In this document: positions 37,701 to 52,700 of the stretch, one piece after another
Layout: every line of letters begins with the position of its first letter
Position numbering within the stretch: the stretch's first letter is position 1
Source of the DNA: Eledone cirrhosa
Taxonomy: Eukaryota
NCBI GenBank assembly: GCA_964016885.1
Contig: OZ024744.1
Location: forward strand, 118,482,001-118,546,000
Reading direction: 5' to 3'
DNA: 64,000 nucleotides
Position numbers and translations under genes: made by a program
Notes under the pieces: generated by a model
What the model saw: the letters and a program-made list of their open reading frames with translations, nothing else
Told to the model about the DNA's origin: nothing
The model's database searches: none

Positions 37701-40700
37701 AGGTTTTAAAGGATGCAGTGTCTCGACAGCTAACAACTGATGCAGGTATTTTGTTCCATGGAGGTTTTAAAGGGTGCAGCGTCTCGACAGCTAATAACTG
37801 ATGTAGGTAGTTTGTTCCATGGAGGTTTTAAAGGATGCAGTGTCTCGACATTTAACAACTGATGGAGGTAGTCTGTTCCATGGAGCTTTTAAAGGATGCA
37901 GTGTCTCGACAGCTAATAACTGATGCAGGTAGTTTGTTCCATGGAGGTTTTAAAGGATGCAGTGTCTCGACAGCTAATAACTGATGCTGGTAGTTTGTTC
38001 CATGGGGGTTTTAAAGGATGCAGTGTCTCGACAGCTAACAACTGATGCAGGTAGTTTCTTCCATGGAGGTTTTAAAGATGCAGTGTCTCGACAGCTAATA
38101 ATTGATGCAGGGTATTTGTTCTATGGAGCTTTTAAAGGATGCAGTCTCTTGACAGCTAACAACTGATGCAGGTAGTTTGTTCCATGGAGGTTTTAAAGGA
38201 TGCAGTGTCACAACAGCTTATAACTGATGCAGGTAGTTTGTTCAATGGAGGTTTTAAAGGATGCAGTGTCTCGACAGCTAATAACTGATGCTGGTAATTT
38301 GTTCCATGGAGGTTTTGAAGGATGCAGTATCTCGACAGCTAATAACTGATGATGGTAGTTTGTTCCATGGAGGTTTTATAGGATGCAGTGTCTCGACAGC
38401 TAACAACTGATGCAGGTAGTTTGGTCCATGGAGGTTTTAAAGGATGCAGTGTCTCGACAGCTAATAACTGATGCAGGTATTTTGTTCCATTGAGGTTTTA
38501 AAGGATGCAGTCTCTCGACAGCTAATAACTGATGCAGCTAGTTTGTTCCATGGAGGTTTTAAAGGATGCAGTGTCTTGACAGCTAATAAATGATGCTGGT
38601 AGTTTGTTCCATGGAGGTTTTAAAGGATGCAGTGTCTCGACAGCTAATAACTGATGCAGGTAGTTTGTTCCATGGAGCTTTTAAAGGATGCAGTGTCTCA
38701 ACAGCTAACAACTGATGCAGGTAGTTTGTTCCATGGAGGTTTTAAAGGATGCAGTGTCTCAATAACTAACAACTGATGCAGCGAGTTTGGTCCATGGAAG
38801 TTTTAAAGGATGCAGTGTCTCGACAGCTAATAACTGATTCAGGTATTTTGTTCCATGGAGGTTTTAAAGAATGCAGTGTCTCGACTGCTAATAACTGATG
38901 CAGGTAGATTGTTGTATGCAGGTTTTAAAGGATGCAGTGTTTCGACAGTTAACAACTGATGCAGGTAGTCTGTTCCATGGAGCTTTTAAAGGATGCAGTC
39001 TCTTGACAGCTAACAACTGATGCAGGGAGTTTGTTCCATGGAGCATTTAAAGGATGCAGTGTCTCGACAGCTAACAACTGATGCAGGTAGTCTGTTCCAT
39101 GGAGGTTTTAAAGGATGCAGTGTCTCGACAGCTAATAACTTATGCAGGTAGTTTCTTCCATGGAGGTTTTAAAGGATGCAGTGTCTCGACAGCTAATAAA
39201 TGATGCTGGTAGTTTCCTCCACGGAGCTTTTAAAGGATGCAGTGTCTCGACAGCTAATAACTGATGCAGGTAGTTTGTTCCATGGAGATTTTAAAGTAGC
39301 AGTGTCTCGACAGCTAACAACTGATGCAGGTAGTCTGTTCCATGGAGGTTTTAAAGGATGCAGTGTCTCGACTGCTAATAAATGATGCTGGTAGTTTCTT
39401 CCATGGAGGTTTTAAAGGATGCAGTGTCTCGACAGCTAACAACTGATGCAGGTAGTTTGTTCCATGGAGGTTTTAAAGGATGCAGTGTCTCGACAGCTAA
39501 CAACTGACGCAGCGACTTTGTTCCATGGAGGTTTTAAAAAATGCAGTGTCTCGACAGCTAATAAATGATGCTAGTAGTTTGTTCCATGGAGGTTTTAAAG
39601 GATGCAGTGTCTCGACAGCTAACAACTGATGCAGGTAGTTTGTTCCATGGAGGTTTAAAAGGGTGCAGCGTCTCGACAGCTAATAACTGATGTAGGTAGT
39701 TTGTTCCATGGAGGTTTTAAAGGATGCAGTGTCTCGACAGTTAACAACTGATGCAGGTAGTCTGTTCCATGGAGCTTTTAAAGGATGCAGTGTCTCGACA
39801 GCTAATAACTGATGCAGGTAGTTTGTTCCATGGAGGTTTTAAAGGATGCAGTGTCTCGACAGCTAATAACTGATGCTGGTAGTTTGTTCCATGGGGGTTT
39901 TAAAGGATGCAGTGTCTCGACAGCTAACAATTGATGCAGGTAGTTTCTTCCATGGAGGTTTTAAAGATGCAGTGTCTCGACAGCTAATAATTGATGCAGG
40001 GTATTTGTTCCATGGAGCTTTTAAAGGATGCAGTCTCCTGACAGCTAACAACTGATGCAGGTAGTTTGTTCCATGGAGGTTTTAAAGGATGCAGTGTCAC
40101 AACAGCTTATAACTGATGCAGGTAGTTTGTTCTATGGAGGTTTTAAAGGATGCAGTGTCTCGACAGCTAACAACTGATGCAGGTAGTTTGTTCCATGGAG
40201 GTTTTAAAAAATGCAGTGTCTCGACAGCTAATAAATTATGCTAGTAGTTTGTTCCATGGAGGTTTTAGAGGATGCAGTGTCTCGACAGCTGACACCAGAT
40301 GCAGGTAGTTTGTTCCATGGGTGTTTTAAAGGATGCAGTGTCTCGACAGCTAACAACTGATGCAGGTAGTTTCTTCCATATAGGTTTTAAAGGATGCAGT
40401 GTCTCGACAGCTAATAATTGATGCAGGGAATTTGTTCCATGGAGCTTTTAAAGGATGCAGTCTCTTGACAGCTAACAACTGATGCAGGGAGTTTGTTCCA
40501 TGGAGCTTTTAAAGGAGGCAGTGTCTCGACAGCTAATGACTGATGCAGGTAGTTTGTTCCATGGAGGTTTTAAAGGATGCAGTGTCTTGACAGCTAATAA
40601 CTGATGCAGGTATTTTGTTCCATTGAGGTTTTAAAGGATGCAGTCTCTCAATAACTAATAACTGATGCTGCTAGTTTGTTCCATCGAGGTTTTAAAGGAT

Positions 40701-43700
40701 GCAGTCTCTTGACAGCTAACAACTGATGCAGGTAGTTTCTTCCATGGAGGTTTTAAAGGATGTAGTGTCTCGACAGCTAACAACTGATGCATGTTGTCTG
40801 TTCCATTGAGGTTTTAAAGGTTGCAGTGTCTCGACAGCTAATAACTGATGCAGTTAGTTTGTTCCATGGAAGTTTTAAAGGATGCAGTGTCTCGACAGCT
40901 AATAACTGATGCAGGTAGTCTGTTCCATGGAGGTTTTAAAGGATGCAGTGTCTCAATAACTAATAACTGATGCTGGTATTTTGTTCCATCGAGGTTTTAA
41001 AGGATGCAGTGTCTTGACAGCTAATAACTGATGCATGTTGTCTGTTCCATGGAGGTTTTAAAGGATGCAGTGTCTCGACGGCTAACAACTGATGCAGGTA
41101 GTTTGTTCCATGGAGGTTTTAAAGGATGCATTTTCTCAACAGCTTATAACTGATGCAGCAAGTCTGTTCCATGGAGGTTTTAAAGGATGCAGTGTCTCGA
41201 CAGTTAACAACTGATGCTGGTAGTCTGTTCCATGGAGATTTTAAAGGATGCAGTGTCTCGACAGCTAATAACTGATGCAGGTAGTTTGTTCCATGGAGGT
41301 TTTAAAGGATGCAGTGTCTCGACAGCGAATAACTGATGCTGGTAGTTTGTTCCATGGAGGTTTTAAAGATGCAGTGTCTCGACAGCTAATAATTGATGCA
41401 GGTAGTTTGTTCCATGGAGGTTTTAAAGGACGCAGTGTCTCGACAATTAACAACTGATGCAGGTAGTCTGTTCCATGGAGCTTTTAAAGGATGCAGTGTC
41501 TCGACAGCTAATAACTGATGCAGGTAGTTTGTTCCATGGAGGTTTTAAAGGATGCAGTGTCTCGACAGCGAATAACTGATGCTGGTAGTTTGTTCCATGG
41601 AGGTTTTAAAGATGCAGTGTCTCGACAGCTAATAAATGATGCAGGTAGTTTGTTCCATGGAGGTTTTAAAGATGCAGTGTCTCGACAGCTAATAACTGAT
41701 GCAGGTAGTTTGTTCCATGGAGGTTTTAAAGGATGCAGTGTCTCGACAGCTAACAACTGATGCAGGTAGTTTGTTCCATGGAGGTTTTAAAGATGCAGTG
41801 TCTCGACAGCTAATAATTGATGCAGGGTATTTGTTCCATGGAGCTTTTAAAGGATGCAGTCTCTTGACAGCTAACAACTGATGCAGGTAGTTTGTTCCAT
41901 AGAGGTTTTAAAGGATGCAGTGTCACAACAGCTTATAACTGATGCAGGTAGTTTGTTCCATGGAGGTTTTAAAGGATGCAGTGTCTCGACAGCTAATAAC
42001 TGATGCAGGTATTTTGTTCCATTGAGGTTTTAAAGGATGCAGTCTCTCGACAGCTAATAACTGATGCAGCTAGTTTGTTCCATGGCGGTTTTAAAGGATG
42101 CAGTGTCTTGACAGCTAATAAATGATGCTGGTAGTTTGTTCCATGGAGGTTTTAAAGGATGCAATGTCTCGACAGCTAATAACTGATGCAAGTAGTTTGT
42201 TGCATGGAGCTTTTAAAGGATGCAGTGTCTCGACAGCTAATAATTGATGCATGGAATTTGTTCCATGGAGCTTTTAAAGGATGCAGTCTCTTGACAGCTA
42301 ACAACTGATGCAGGGAGTTTGTTCCATGGAGCTTTTAAAGGATGCAGTGTCTCGACAGCTAATAACTGATGCAGGTAGTTTGTTCCATGGAGCTTTTAAA
42401 GGATGCAGTGTCTCGACAGCTAATAATTGATGCAGGGAATTTGTTCCATGGAGCTTTTAAAGGATGCAGTCTCTTGACAGTTAACAACTGATGCAGGGAG
42501 TTTGTTCCATGGAGCTTTTAAAGGATGCAGTGTCTCGACAGCTAACAACTGATGCAGGTAGTTTGGTCCATGGAGGTTTTAAAGGATGCAGTGTCTTGAC
42601 AGCTAATAACTGATGCAGGTAGTTTGTTCCATGGAAGTTTTAAAGGATGCAGTGTGTCGACAGCTAATAACTGATGCAAGTAGTCTGTTCCATGGAGATT
42701 TTAAAGGATGCAGTGTCTCAAGAGCTAATAACTTATGCAGGTAGTCTGTTCCATGGAGGTTTTAAAGGATGCAGTGTCTCGACAGCTAATAAATGATGCT
42801 GGTAGTTTCTTCCATGGTGCTTTTAAAGGATGCAGTGTCTCGACAGCTAATAACTGATGCAGGTAGTTTGTTCTATGGAGGTTTTAAAGGATGCAGTCTC
42901 TTGACAGCTAACAACTGATGCAGCCACTTTGTTCCATGGAGGTTTTAAAAAATGCAGTGTCTCGACAGCTAATAAATGATGCTAGTAGTTTGTTCCATGG
43001 AGGTTTTAAAGGATGCAGTGTCTCGACAGCTAACAACTGATGCAGGTAGTTTGTTCCATGGCGGTTTTAAAGATTGCAGCGTCTCGACAGCTAATAACTG
43101 ATGTAGGTAGTTTGTTCCATGGAGGTTTTAAAGAATGCAGTGTCTCGACAGTTAACAACTGATGCAGGTAGTCTGTTCCATGGAGCTTTTAAAGGATGCA
43201 GTGTCTCGACAGCTAATAACTGATGCAGGTAGTTTGTACCATGGAGGTTTTAAAGGATGCAGTGTCTCGACAGCTAATAACTTATGCAGGTAGTTTCTTC
43301 CATGGAGGTTTTAAAGATGCAGTGTCTCGACAGCTAATAATTGATGCAGGGTATTTGTTCCATGGAGCTTTTAAAGGATGCAGTCTCTTGACAGCTAACA
43401 ACTGATGCAGGTAGTTTGTTCCATGGAGGTTTTAAAGGATGCAGTGTCACAACAGCTTATAACTGATGCAGGTATTTTGTTCCATTGAGGTTTTAAAGGA
43501 TGCAGTGTCTTGACAGCTAATAAATGATGTTGGTAGTTTGTTCCATGGAGGTTTTAAAGGATGCAGTGTCTCGACAGCTAATAACTGATGCAGGTAGTTT
43601 GTTCCATGGAGGTTTTAAAGGATGCAGTGTCTCAATAACTAACAACTGATGCAGCGAGTTTGGTGCATGGAAGTTTTAAAGGATGCAGTGTCTCGACAGC

Positions 43701-46700
43701 TAATAACTGATGCAGGTATTTTGTTCCATGGAGGTTTTAAAGGATGCAATTTCTCGACAGCTAATAACTGATGCAGGTAGTTTGTTCCATGGAGCTTTTA
43801 AAGGATGCAGTGTCTCGACAGCTAACAACTGATGCAGCGACTTTGTTCCATGGAGGTTTTAAAAAATGCAGTGTCTCGACAGCTAATAATTGATGCTAGT
43901 AGTTTGTTCCATGGAGGTTTTAAAGGATGCAGTGTCTCGACAGCTAACAACTGATGCAGGTATTTTGTTCCATGGAGGTTTTAAAGGGTGCAGCGTCTCG
44001 ACAGCTAATAACTGATGTAGGTAGTTTGTTCCATGGAGGTTTTAAAGGATGCAGTGTCTCGACATTTAACAACTGATGGAGGTAGTCTGTTCCATGGAGC
44101 TTTTAAAGGATGCAGTGTCTCGACAGCTAATAACTGATGCAGGTAGTTTGTTCCATGGAGGTTTTAAAGGATGCAGTGTCTCGACAGCTAATAACTGATG
44201 CTGGTAGTTTGTTCCATGGGGGTTTTAAAGGATGCAGTGTCTCGACAGCTAACAACTGATACAGGTAGTTTCTTCCATGGAGGTTTTAAAGATGCAGTGT
44301 CTCGACAGCTAATAATTGATGCAGGGTATTTGTTCCATGGAGCTTTTAAAGGATGCAGTCTCTTGACAGCTAACAACTGATGCAGGTAGTTTGTTCCATG
44401 GAGGTTTTAAAGGATGCAGTGTCTCGACAGCTAATAACTGATGCTGGTAATTTGTTCCATGGAGGTTTTAAAGGATGCAGTATCTCGACAGCTAATAACT
44501 GATGATGGTAGTTTGTTCCATGGAGGTTTTATAGGATGCAGTGTCTCGACAGCTAACAACTGACGCAGGTAGTTTGGTCCATGGAGGTTTTAAAGGATGC
44601 AGTGTCTCGACAGCTAATAACTGATGCAGGTATTTTGTTCCATTGAGGTTTTAAAGGATGCAGTCTCTCGACAGCTAATAACTGATGCAGCTAGTTTGTT
44701 CCATGGAGGTTTTAAAGGATGCAGTGTCTTGACAGCTAATAAATGATGCTGGTAGTTTGTTCCATGGAGGTTTTAAAGGATGCAGTGTCTCGACAGCTAA
44801 TAACTGATGCAGGTAGTTTGTTCCATGGAGCTTTTAAGGATGCAGTGTCTCAACAGCTAACAACTGATGCAGGTAGTTTGTTCCATGGAGGTTTTAAAGG
44901 ATGCAGTGTCTCAATAACTAACAACTGATGCAGCGAGTTTGGCCCATGGAAGTTTTAAAGGATGCAGTGTCTCGACAGCTAATAACTGATGCAGGTATTT
45001 TGTTCCATGGAGGTTTTAAAGGATGCAGTGTCTCGACTGCTAATAACTGATGCAGGTAGATTGTTGTATGCAGGTTTTAAAGGATGCAGTGTTTCGACAG
45101 TTAACAACTGATGCAGGTAGTCTGTTCCATGGAGCTTTTAAAGGATGCAGTCTCTTGACAGCTAACAACTGATGCAGGGAGTTTGTTCCATGGAGCATTT
45201 AAAGGATGCAGTGTCTCGACAGCTAACAACTGATGCAGGTAGTCTGTTCCATGGAGGTTTTAAAGGATGCAGTGTCTCGACAGCTAATAACTTATGCAGG
45301 TAGTTTCTTCCATGGAGGTTTTAAAGGATGCATTGTCTCGACAGCTAATAAATGATGCTGGTAGTTTCCTCCATGGAGCTTTTAAAGGATGCAGTGTCTC
45401 GACAGCTAATAACTGATGCAGGTAGTTTGTTCCATGGAGATTTTAAAGTAGCAGTGTCTCGACAGCTAACAACTGATGCAGGTAGTCTGTTCCATGGAGG
45501 TTTTAAAGGATGCAGTGTCTCGACTGCTAATAAATGATGCTGGTAGTTTCTTCCATGGAGGTTTTAAAGGATGCAGTGTCTCGACAGCTAACAACTGATG
45601 CAGGTAGTTTGTTCCATGGAGATTTTAAAGTAGCAGTGTCTCGACAGCTAACAACTGATGCAGGTAGTCTGTTCCATGGAGGTTTTAAAGGATGCAGTGT
45701 CTCGACTGCTAATAAATGATGCTGGTAGTTTCTTCCATGGAGGTTTTAAAGGATGCAGTGTCTCGACAGCTAACAACTGATGCAGGTAGTTTGTTCCATG
45801 GAGGTTTTAAAGGGTGCAGCGTCTCGACAGCTAATAACTGATGTAGGTAGTTTGTTCCATGGAGGTTTTAAAGGATGCAGTGTCTCGACAGTTAACAACT
45901 GATGCAGGTAGTCTGTTCCATGGAGCTTTTAAAGGATGCAGTGTCTCGACAGCTAATAACTGATGCAGGTAGTTTGTTCCATGGAGGTTTTAAAGGATGC
46001 AGTGTCTCGACAGCTAATAACTGATGCTGGTAGTTTGTTCCATGGGGGTTTTAAAGGATGCAGTGTCTCGACAGCTAACAATTGATGCAGGTAGTTTCTT
46101 CCATGGAGGTTTTAAAGATGCAGTGTCTCGACAGCTAATAATTGATGCAGGGTATTTGTTCCATGGAGCTTTTAAAGGATGCAGTCTCTTGACAGCTAAC
46201 AACTGATGCAGGTAGTTTGTTCCATGGAGGTTTTAAAGGATGCAGTGTCACAACAGCTTATAACTGATGCAGGTAGTTTGTTCTATGGAGGTTTTAAAGG
46301 ATGCAGTGTCTCGACAGCTAATAACTGATGCTGGTAGTTTGTTTCATGGAGGTTTTAAAGGATGCAGTGTCTCGACAGCTAACAACTGATGCAGGTAGTT
46401 TGGTCCATGGAGGTTTTAAAGGATGCAGTGTCTCGACAGCTAACAACTGATGCAGGTAGTTTGTTCCATGGAGGTTTTAAAGGATGCAGTGTCACAACAG
46501 CTTATAACTGATGCAGGTAGTTTGTTCTATGGAGGTTTTAAAGGATGCAGTCTCTCGACAGCTAATAACTGATGCAGCTAGTTTGTTCCATGGAGGTTTT
46601 AAAGGATGCAGTGTCTTGACAGCTAATAAATGATGCTGGTAGTTTGTTCCATGGAGGTTTTAAAGGATGCAGTGTCTCGACAGCTAATAACTGATGCAGG

Positions 46701-49700
46701 TAGTTTGTTCCATGGAGCTTTTAAAGGATGCAGTGTCTCAATAACTAACAACTGATGCAGGTAGTTTGTTCCATGGAGGTTTTAAAGGATGCAGTGTCTC
46801 AATAACTAACAACTGATGCAGCGAGTTTGGTCCATGGAAGTTTTAAAGGATGCAGTGTCTCGACAGCTAATAACTGATGCAGGTATTTTGTTCCATGGAG
46901 GTTTTAAAGGATGCAGTTTCTCGACAGCTAATAACTGATTCAGGTAGTTTGTTCCATGGAGCTTTTAAAGGATGCAGTGTCTCAATAACTAATAACTGAT
47001 GCAGGTTGATTGTTGTATGCAGGTTTTAAAGGATGCAGTGTCTTGACAGCTAATAAATGATGCTGGTAGTTTGTTCCATGGAGGTTTTAAAGGATGCAGT
47101 GTCTCGACAGCTAACAACTGATGCAGGTAGTCTGTTCCATGGAGCTTTTAAAAGATGCAGTGTCTTGACAGCTAACAACTGATGCAGGTAGTTTGTTCCA
47201 TGGAGGTTTTAAAGGATGCAGTGTCTCGACAGCTAACAATTGATGCAGGTAGTTTGTTCCATGCAGGTTTTAAAGGATAAAGTGTCTCGACAGCTAATGA
47301 CTGATGCAGGTAGTTTGTTCCATGGAGGTTTTAAAGGATGTAGTATCTCGATAGCTAACAACTGATGCAGCGAGTTTGTTCCATGGAGGTGTTAAAAAAT
47401 GCAGTGTCTCGACAGCTCATAAATGATGCAGGTAGTTTGTTCCATGGAGGTTTTAAAGGATGCAGGGTCTCGACAGCTAACAACTGATGCAGGTAGTTTG
47501 TTCCATGGAGGTTTTAAAGGATGCAGTGTCTTGACAGCTTATAACTGATGCAGCGTGTTTGTTCCATGGAGGTTTTAAAGGATGCAGTGTCTCGACAGTT
47601 AACAACTGATGCAGGTAGTCTGTTCCATGGAGCTTTTAAAGGATGCAGTGTCTCGACAGCTAATAACTGATGCAGCTAGTTTGTTCCATGGAGGTTTTAA
47701 AGGATGCAGTGTCTTGACAGCTAATAAATGATGCTGGTAGTTTGTTCCATGGAGGTTTTAAAGGATGCAGTGTCTCGACAGCTAATAACTGATGCAGGTA
47801 GTTTGTTCCATGGAGCTTTTAAGGATGCAGTGTCTCAACAGCTAACAACTGATGCAGGTAGTTTGTTCCATGGAGGTTTTAAAGGATGCAGTGTCTCAAT
47901 AACTAACAACTGATGCAGCGAGTTTGGCCCATGGAAGTTTTAAAGGATGCAGTGTCTCGACAGCTAATAACTGATGCAGGTATTTTGTTCCATGGAGGTT
48001 TTAAAGGATGCAGTGTCTCGACTGCTAATAACTGATGCAGGTAGATTGTTGTATGCAGGTTTTAAAGGATGCAGTGTTTCGACAGTTAACAACTGATGCA
48101 GGTAGTCTGTTCCATGGAGCTTTTAAAGGATGCAGTCTCTTGACAGCTAACAACTGATGCAGGGAGTTTGTTCCATGGAGCATTTAAAGGATGCAGTGTC
48201 TCGACAGCTAACAACTGATGCAGGTAGTCTGTTCCATGGAGGTTTTAAAGGATGCAGTGTCTCGACAGCTAATAACTTATGCAGGTAGTTTCTTCCATGG
48301 AGGTTTTAAAGGATGCATTGTCTCGACAGCTAATAAATGATGCTGGTAGTTTCCTCCATGGAGCTTTTAAAGGATGCAGTGTCTCGACAGCTAATAACTG
48401 ATGCAGGTAGTTTGTTCCATGGAGATTTTAAAGTAGCAGTGTCTCGACAGCTAACAACTGATGCAGGTAGTCTGTTCCATGGAGGTTTTAAAGGATGCAG
48501 TGTCTCGACTGCTAATAAATGATGCTGGTAGTTTCTTCCATGGAGGTTTTAAAGGATGCAGTGTCTCGACAGCTAACAACTGATGCAGGTAGTTTGTTCC
48601 ATGGAGATTTTAAAGTAGCAGTGTCTCGACAGCTAACAACTGATGCAGGTAGTCTGTTCCATGGAGGTTTTAAAGGATGCAGTGTCTCGACTGCTAATAA
48701 ATGATGCTGGTAGTTTCTTCCATGGAGGTTTTAAAGGATGCAGTGTCTCGACAGCTAACAACTGATGCAGGTAATTTGTTCCATGGAGGTTTTAAAGGGT
48801 GCAGCGTCTCGACAGCTAATAACTGATGTAGGTAGTTTGTTCCATGGAGGTTTTAAAGGATGCAGTGTCTCGACAGTTAACAACTGATGCAGGTAGTCTG
48901 TTCCATGGAGCTTTTAAAGGATGCAGTGTCTCGACAGCTAATAACTGATGCAGGTAGTTTGTTCCATGGAGGTTTTAAAGGATGCAGTGTCTCGACAGCT
49001 AATAACTGATGCTGGTAGTTTGTTCCATGGGGGTTTTAAAGGATGCAGTGTCTCGACAGCTAACAATTGATGCAGGTAGTTTCTTCCATGGAGGTTTTAA
49101 AGATGCAGTGTCTCGACAGCTAATAATTGATGCAGGGTATTTGTTCCATGGAGCTTTTAAAGGATGCAGTCTCTTGACAGCTAACAACTGATGCAGGTAG
49201 TTTGTTCCATGGAGGTTTTAAAGGATGCAGTGTCACAACAGCTTATAACTGATGCAGGTAGTTTTTCTATGGAGGTTTTAAAGGATGCAGTGTCTCGACA
49301 GCTAATAACTGATGCTGGTAGTTTGTTTCATGGAGGTTTTAAAGGATGCAGTGTCTCGACAGCTAACAACTGATGCAGGTAGTTTGGTCCATGGAGGTTT
49401 TAAAGGATGCAGTGTCTCGACAGCTAACAACTGATGCAGGTAGTTTGTTCCATGGAGGTTTTAAAGGATGCAGTGTCACAACAGCTTATAACTGATGCAG
49501 GTAGTTTGTTCTATGGAGGTTTTAAAGGATGCAGTCTCTCGACAGCTAATAACTGATGCAGCTAGTTTGTTCCATGGAGGTTTTAAAGGATGCAGTGTCT
49601 TGACAGCTAATAAATGATGCTGGTAGTTTGTTCCATGGAGGTTTTAAAGGATGCAGTGTCTCGACAGCTAATAACTGATGCAGGTAGTTTGTTCCATGGA

Positions 49701-52700
49701 GCTTTTAAAGGATGCAGTGTCTCAATAACTAACAACTGATGCAGGTAGTTTGTTCCATGGAGGTTTTAAAGGATGCAGTGTCTCAATAACTAACAACTGA
49801 TGCAGCGAGTTTGGTCCATGGAAGTTTTAAAGGATGCAGTGTCTCGACAGCTAATAACTGATGCAGGTATTTTGTTCCATGGAGGTTTTAAAGGATGCAG
49901 TTTCTCGACAGCTAATAACTGATTCAGGTAGTTTGTTCCATGGAGCTTTTAAAGGATGCAGTGTCTCAATAACTAATAACTGATGCAGGTAGATTGTTGT
50001 ATGCAGGTTTTAAAGGATGCAGTGTCTTGACAGCTAATAAATGATGCTGGTAGTTTGTTCCATGGAGGTTTTAAAGGATGCAGTGTCTCGACAGCTAACA
50101 ACTGATGCAGGTAGTCTGTTCCATGGAGCTTTTAAAAGATGCAGTGTCTTGACAGCTAACAACTGATGCAGGTAGTTTGTTCCATGGAGGTTTTAAAGGA
50201 TGCAGTGTCTCGACAGCTAACAATTGATGCAGGTAGTTTGTTCCATGCAGGTTTTAAAGGATAAAGTGTCTCGACAGCTAATGACTGATGCAGGTAGTTT
50301 GTTCCATGGAGGTTTTAAAGGATGTAGTATCTCGATAGCTAACAACTGATGCAGCAAGTTTGTTCCATGGAGGTGTTAAAAAATGCAGTGTCTCGACAGC
50401 TAATGACTGATGCAGGTAGTTTGTTCCATGGAGGTTTTAAAGGATGTAGTATCTCGATAGCTAACAACTGATGCAGCGAGTTTGTTCCATGGAGGTGTTA
50501 AAAAATGCAGTGTCTCGACAGCTCATAAATGATGCAGGTAGTTTGTTCCATGGAGGTTTTAAAGGATGCAGGGTCTCGACAGCTAACAACTGATGCAGGT
50601 AGTTTGTTCCATGGAGGTTTTAAAGGATGCAGTGTCACAACAGCTTATAACTGATGCAGCGTGTTTGTTCCATGGAGGTTTTAAAGGATGCAGTGTCTCG
50701 ACAGTTAACAACTGATGCAGGTAGTCTGTTCCATGGAGCTTTTAAAGGATGCAGTGTCTCGACAGCTAACAACTGATGCAGGTAGTTTTTTCCATGGGTG
50801 TTTTAAAGGATGCAGTGTATTGACAGCTAATTATTGATGCAGGGAATTTGTTCCATGGAGCTTTTAGAGGATGCAGTGTCTCGACAGCTAACAACTGATG
50901 CAGGTAGTTTGTTCCATGGGTGTTTTAAAGGATGCAGTGTCTCGACAGCTAACAACTGATGCAGGTAGTTTCTTCCATAGAGGTTTTAAAGGATGCAGTG
51001 TTTCGACAGCTAATAACTGATGCAGGTATTTTGTTCCATGGAGGTTTTAAAGGATGCAGTCTCTCAATAACTAATAACTGATGCTGGTAGGTTGTTCCAT
51101 GGAGGTTTTAAAGGATGCAGTGTCTCGACAGCTAATAACTCATGCAGGTATTTTGTTCCATGGAGGTTTTAAAGGATGCAGTCTCTCGACAGCTAATAAC
51201 TGATGCAGCTAGTTTGTTCCATGGAGGTTTTAAAGGATGCAGTGTCTTGACAGCTAATAAATGATGCTGGTAGTTGGTTCCATGGACGTTTTAAAGATAC
51301 TGTGTCTTGACAGCTAATAACTGATGCAGGTAGTTTTTTCCATGGAAGTTTTAAAGGATGTAGTGTCTCGACAGCTAATAAATGATGCTGGCAGTTTCTT
51401 CCATGGAGGTTTTAAAGGATGCAGTGTCTCGACAGCTATCAACTGATGCAGGTAGTCTGTTCCATGGGTGTTTTAAAGGATGCAGTGTCTCGACAGCTAA
51501 CAACTGATGCAGGTAGTTTGTTCCATGGAGGTTTTAAAGGATGCAGTGATTCGACAGCTAATAACTGATGCAGGTAGTTTGTTCTATGGAGGTTTTAAAG
51601 GATGCAGTCTCTTGACAGCTAACAACTGATGCAGCCACTTTGTTCCATGGAGGTTTTAAAAAATGCAGTGTCTCGACAGCTAATAAATGATGCTAGTAGT
51701 TTGTTCCATGGAGGTTTTAAAGGATGCAGTGTCTCGACAGCTAACAACTGATGCAGGTAGTTTGTTCCATGGCGGTTTTAAAGATTGCAGCGTCTCGACA
51801 GCTAATAACTGATGTAGGTAGTTTGTTCCATGGAGGTTTTAAAGAATGCAGTGTCTCGACAGTTAACAACTGATGCAGGTAGTCTGTTCCATGGAGCTTT
51901 TAAAGGATGCAGTGTCTCGACAGCTAATAACTGATGCAGGTAGTTTGTACCATGGAGGTTTTAAAGGATGCAGTGTCTCGACAGCTAATAACTTATGCAG
52001 GTAGTTTGTTCCATGGGGGTTTTAAAGGATGCAGTGTCTCGACAGCTAACAACTGATGCAGGTAGTTTCTTCCATGGAGGTTTTAAAGATGCAGTGTCTC
52101 GACAGCTAATAATTGATGCAGGGTATTTGTTCCATGGAGCTTTTAAAGGATGCAGTCTCTTGACAGCTAACAACTGATGCAGGTAGTTTGTTCCATGGAG
52201 GTTTTAAAGGATGCAGTGTCACAACAGCTTATAACTGATGCAGGTATTTTGTTCCATTGAGGTTTTAAAGGATGCAGTGTCTTGACAGCTAATAAATGAT
52301 GTTGGTAGTTTGTTCCATGGAGGTTTTAAAGGATGCAGTGTCTCGACAGCTAATAACTGATGCAGGTAGTTTGTTCCATGGAGGTTTTAAAGGATGCAGT
52401 GTCTCAATAACTAACAACTGATGCAGCGAGTTTGGTGCATGGAAGTTTTAAAGGATGCAGTGTCTCGACAGCTAATAACTGATGCAGGTATTTTGTTCCA
52501 TGGAGGTTTTAAAGGATGCAATTTCTCGACAGCTAATAACTGATGCAGGTAGTTTGTTCCATGGAGCTTTTAAAGGATGCAGTGTCTCGACAGCTAACAA
52601 CTGATGCAGCGACTTTGTTCCATGGAGGTTTTAAAAAATGCAGTGTCTCGACAGCTAATAATTGATGCTAGTAGTTTGTTCCATGGAGGTTTTAAAGGAT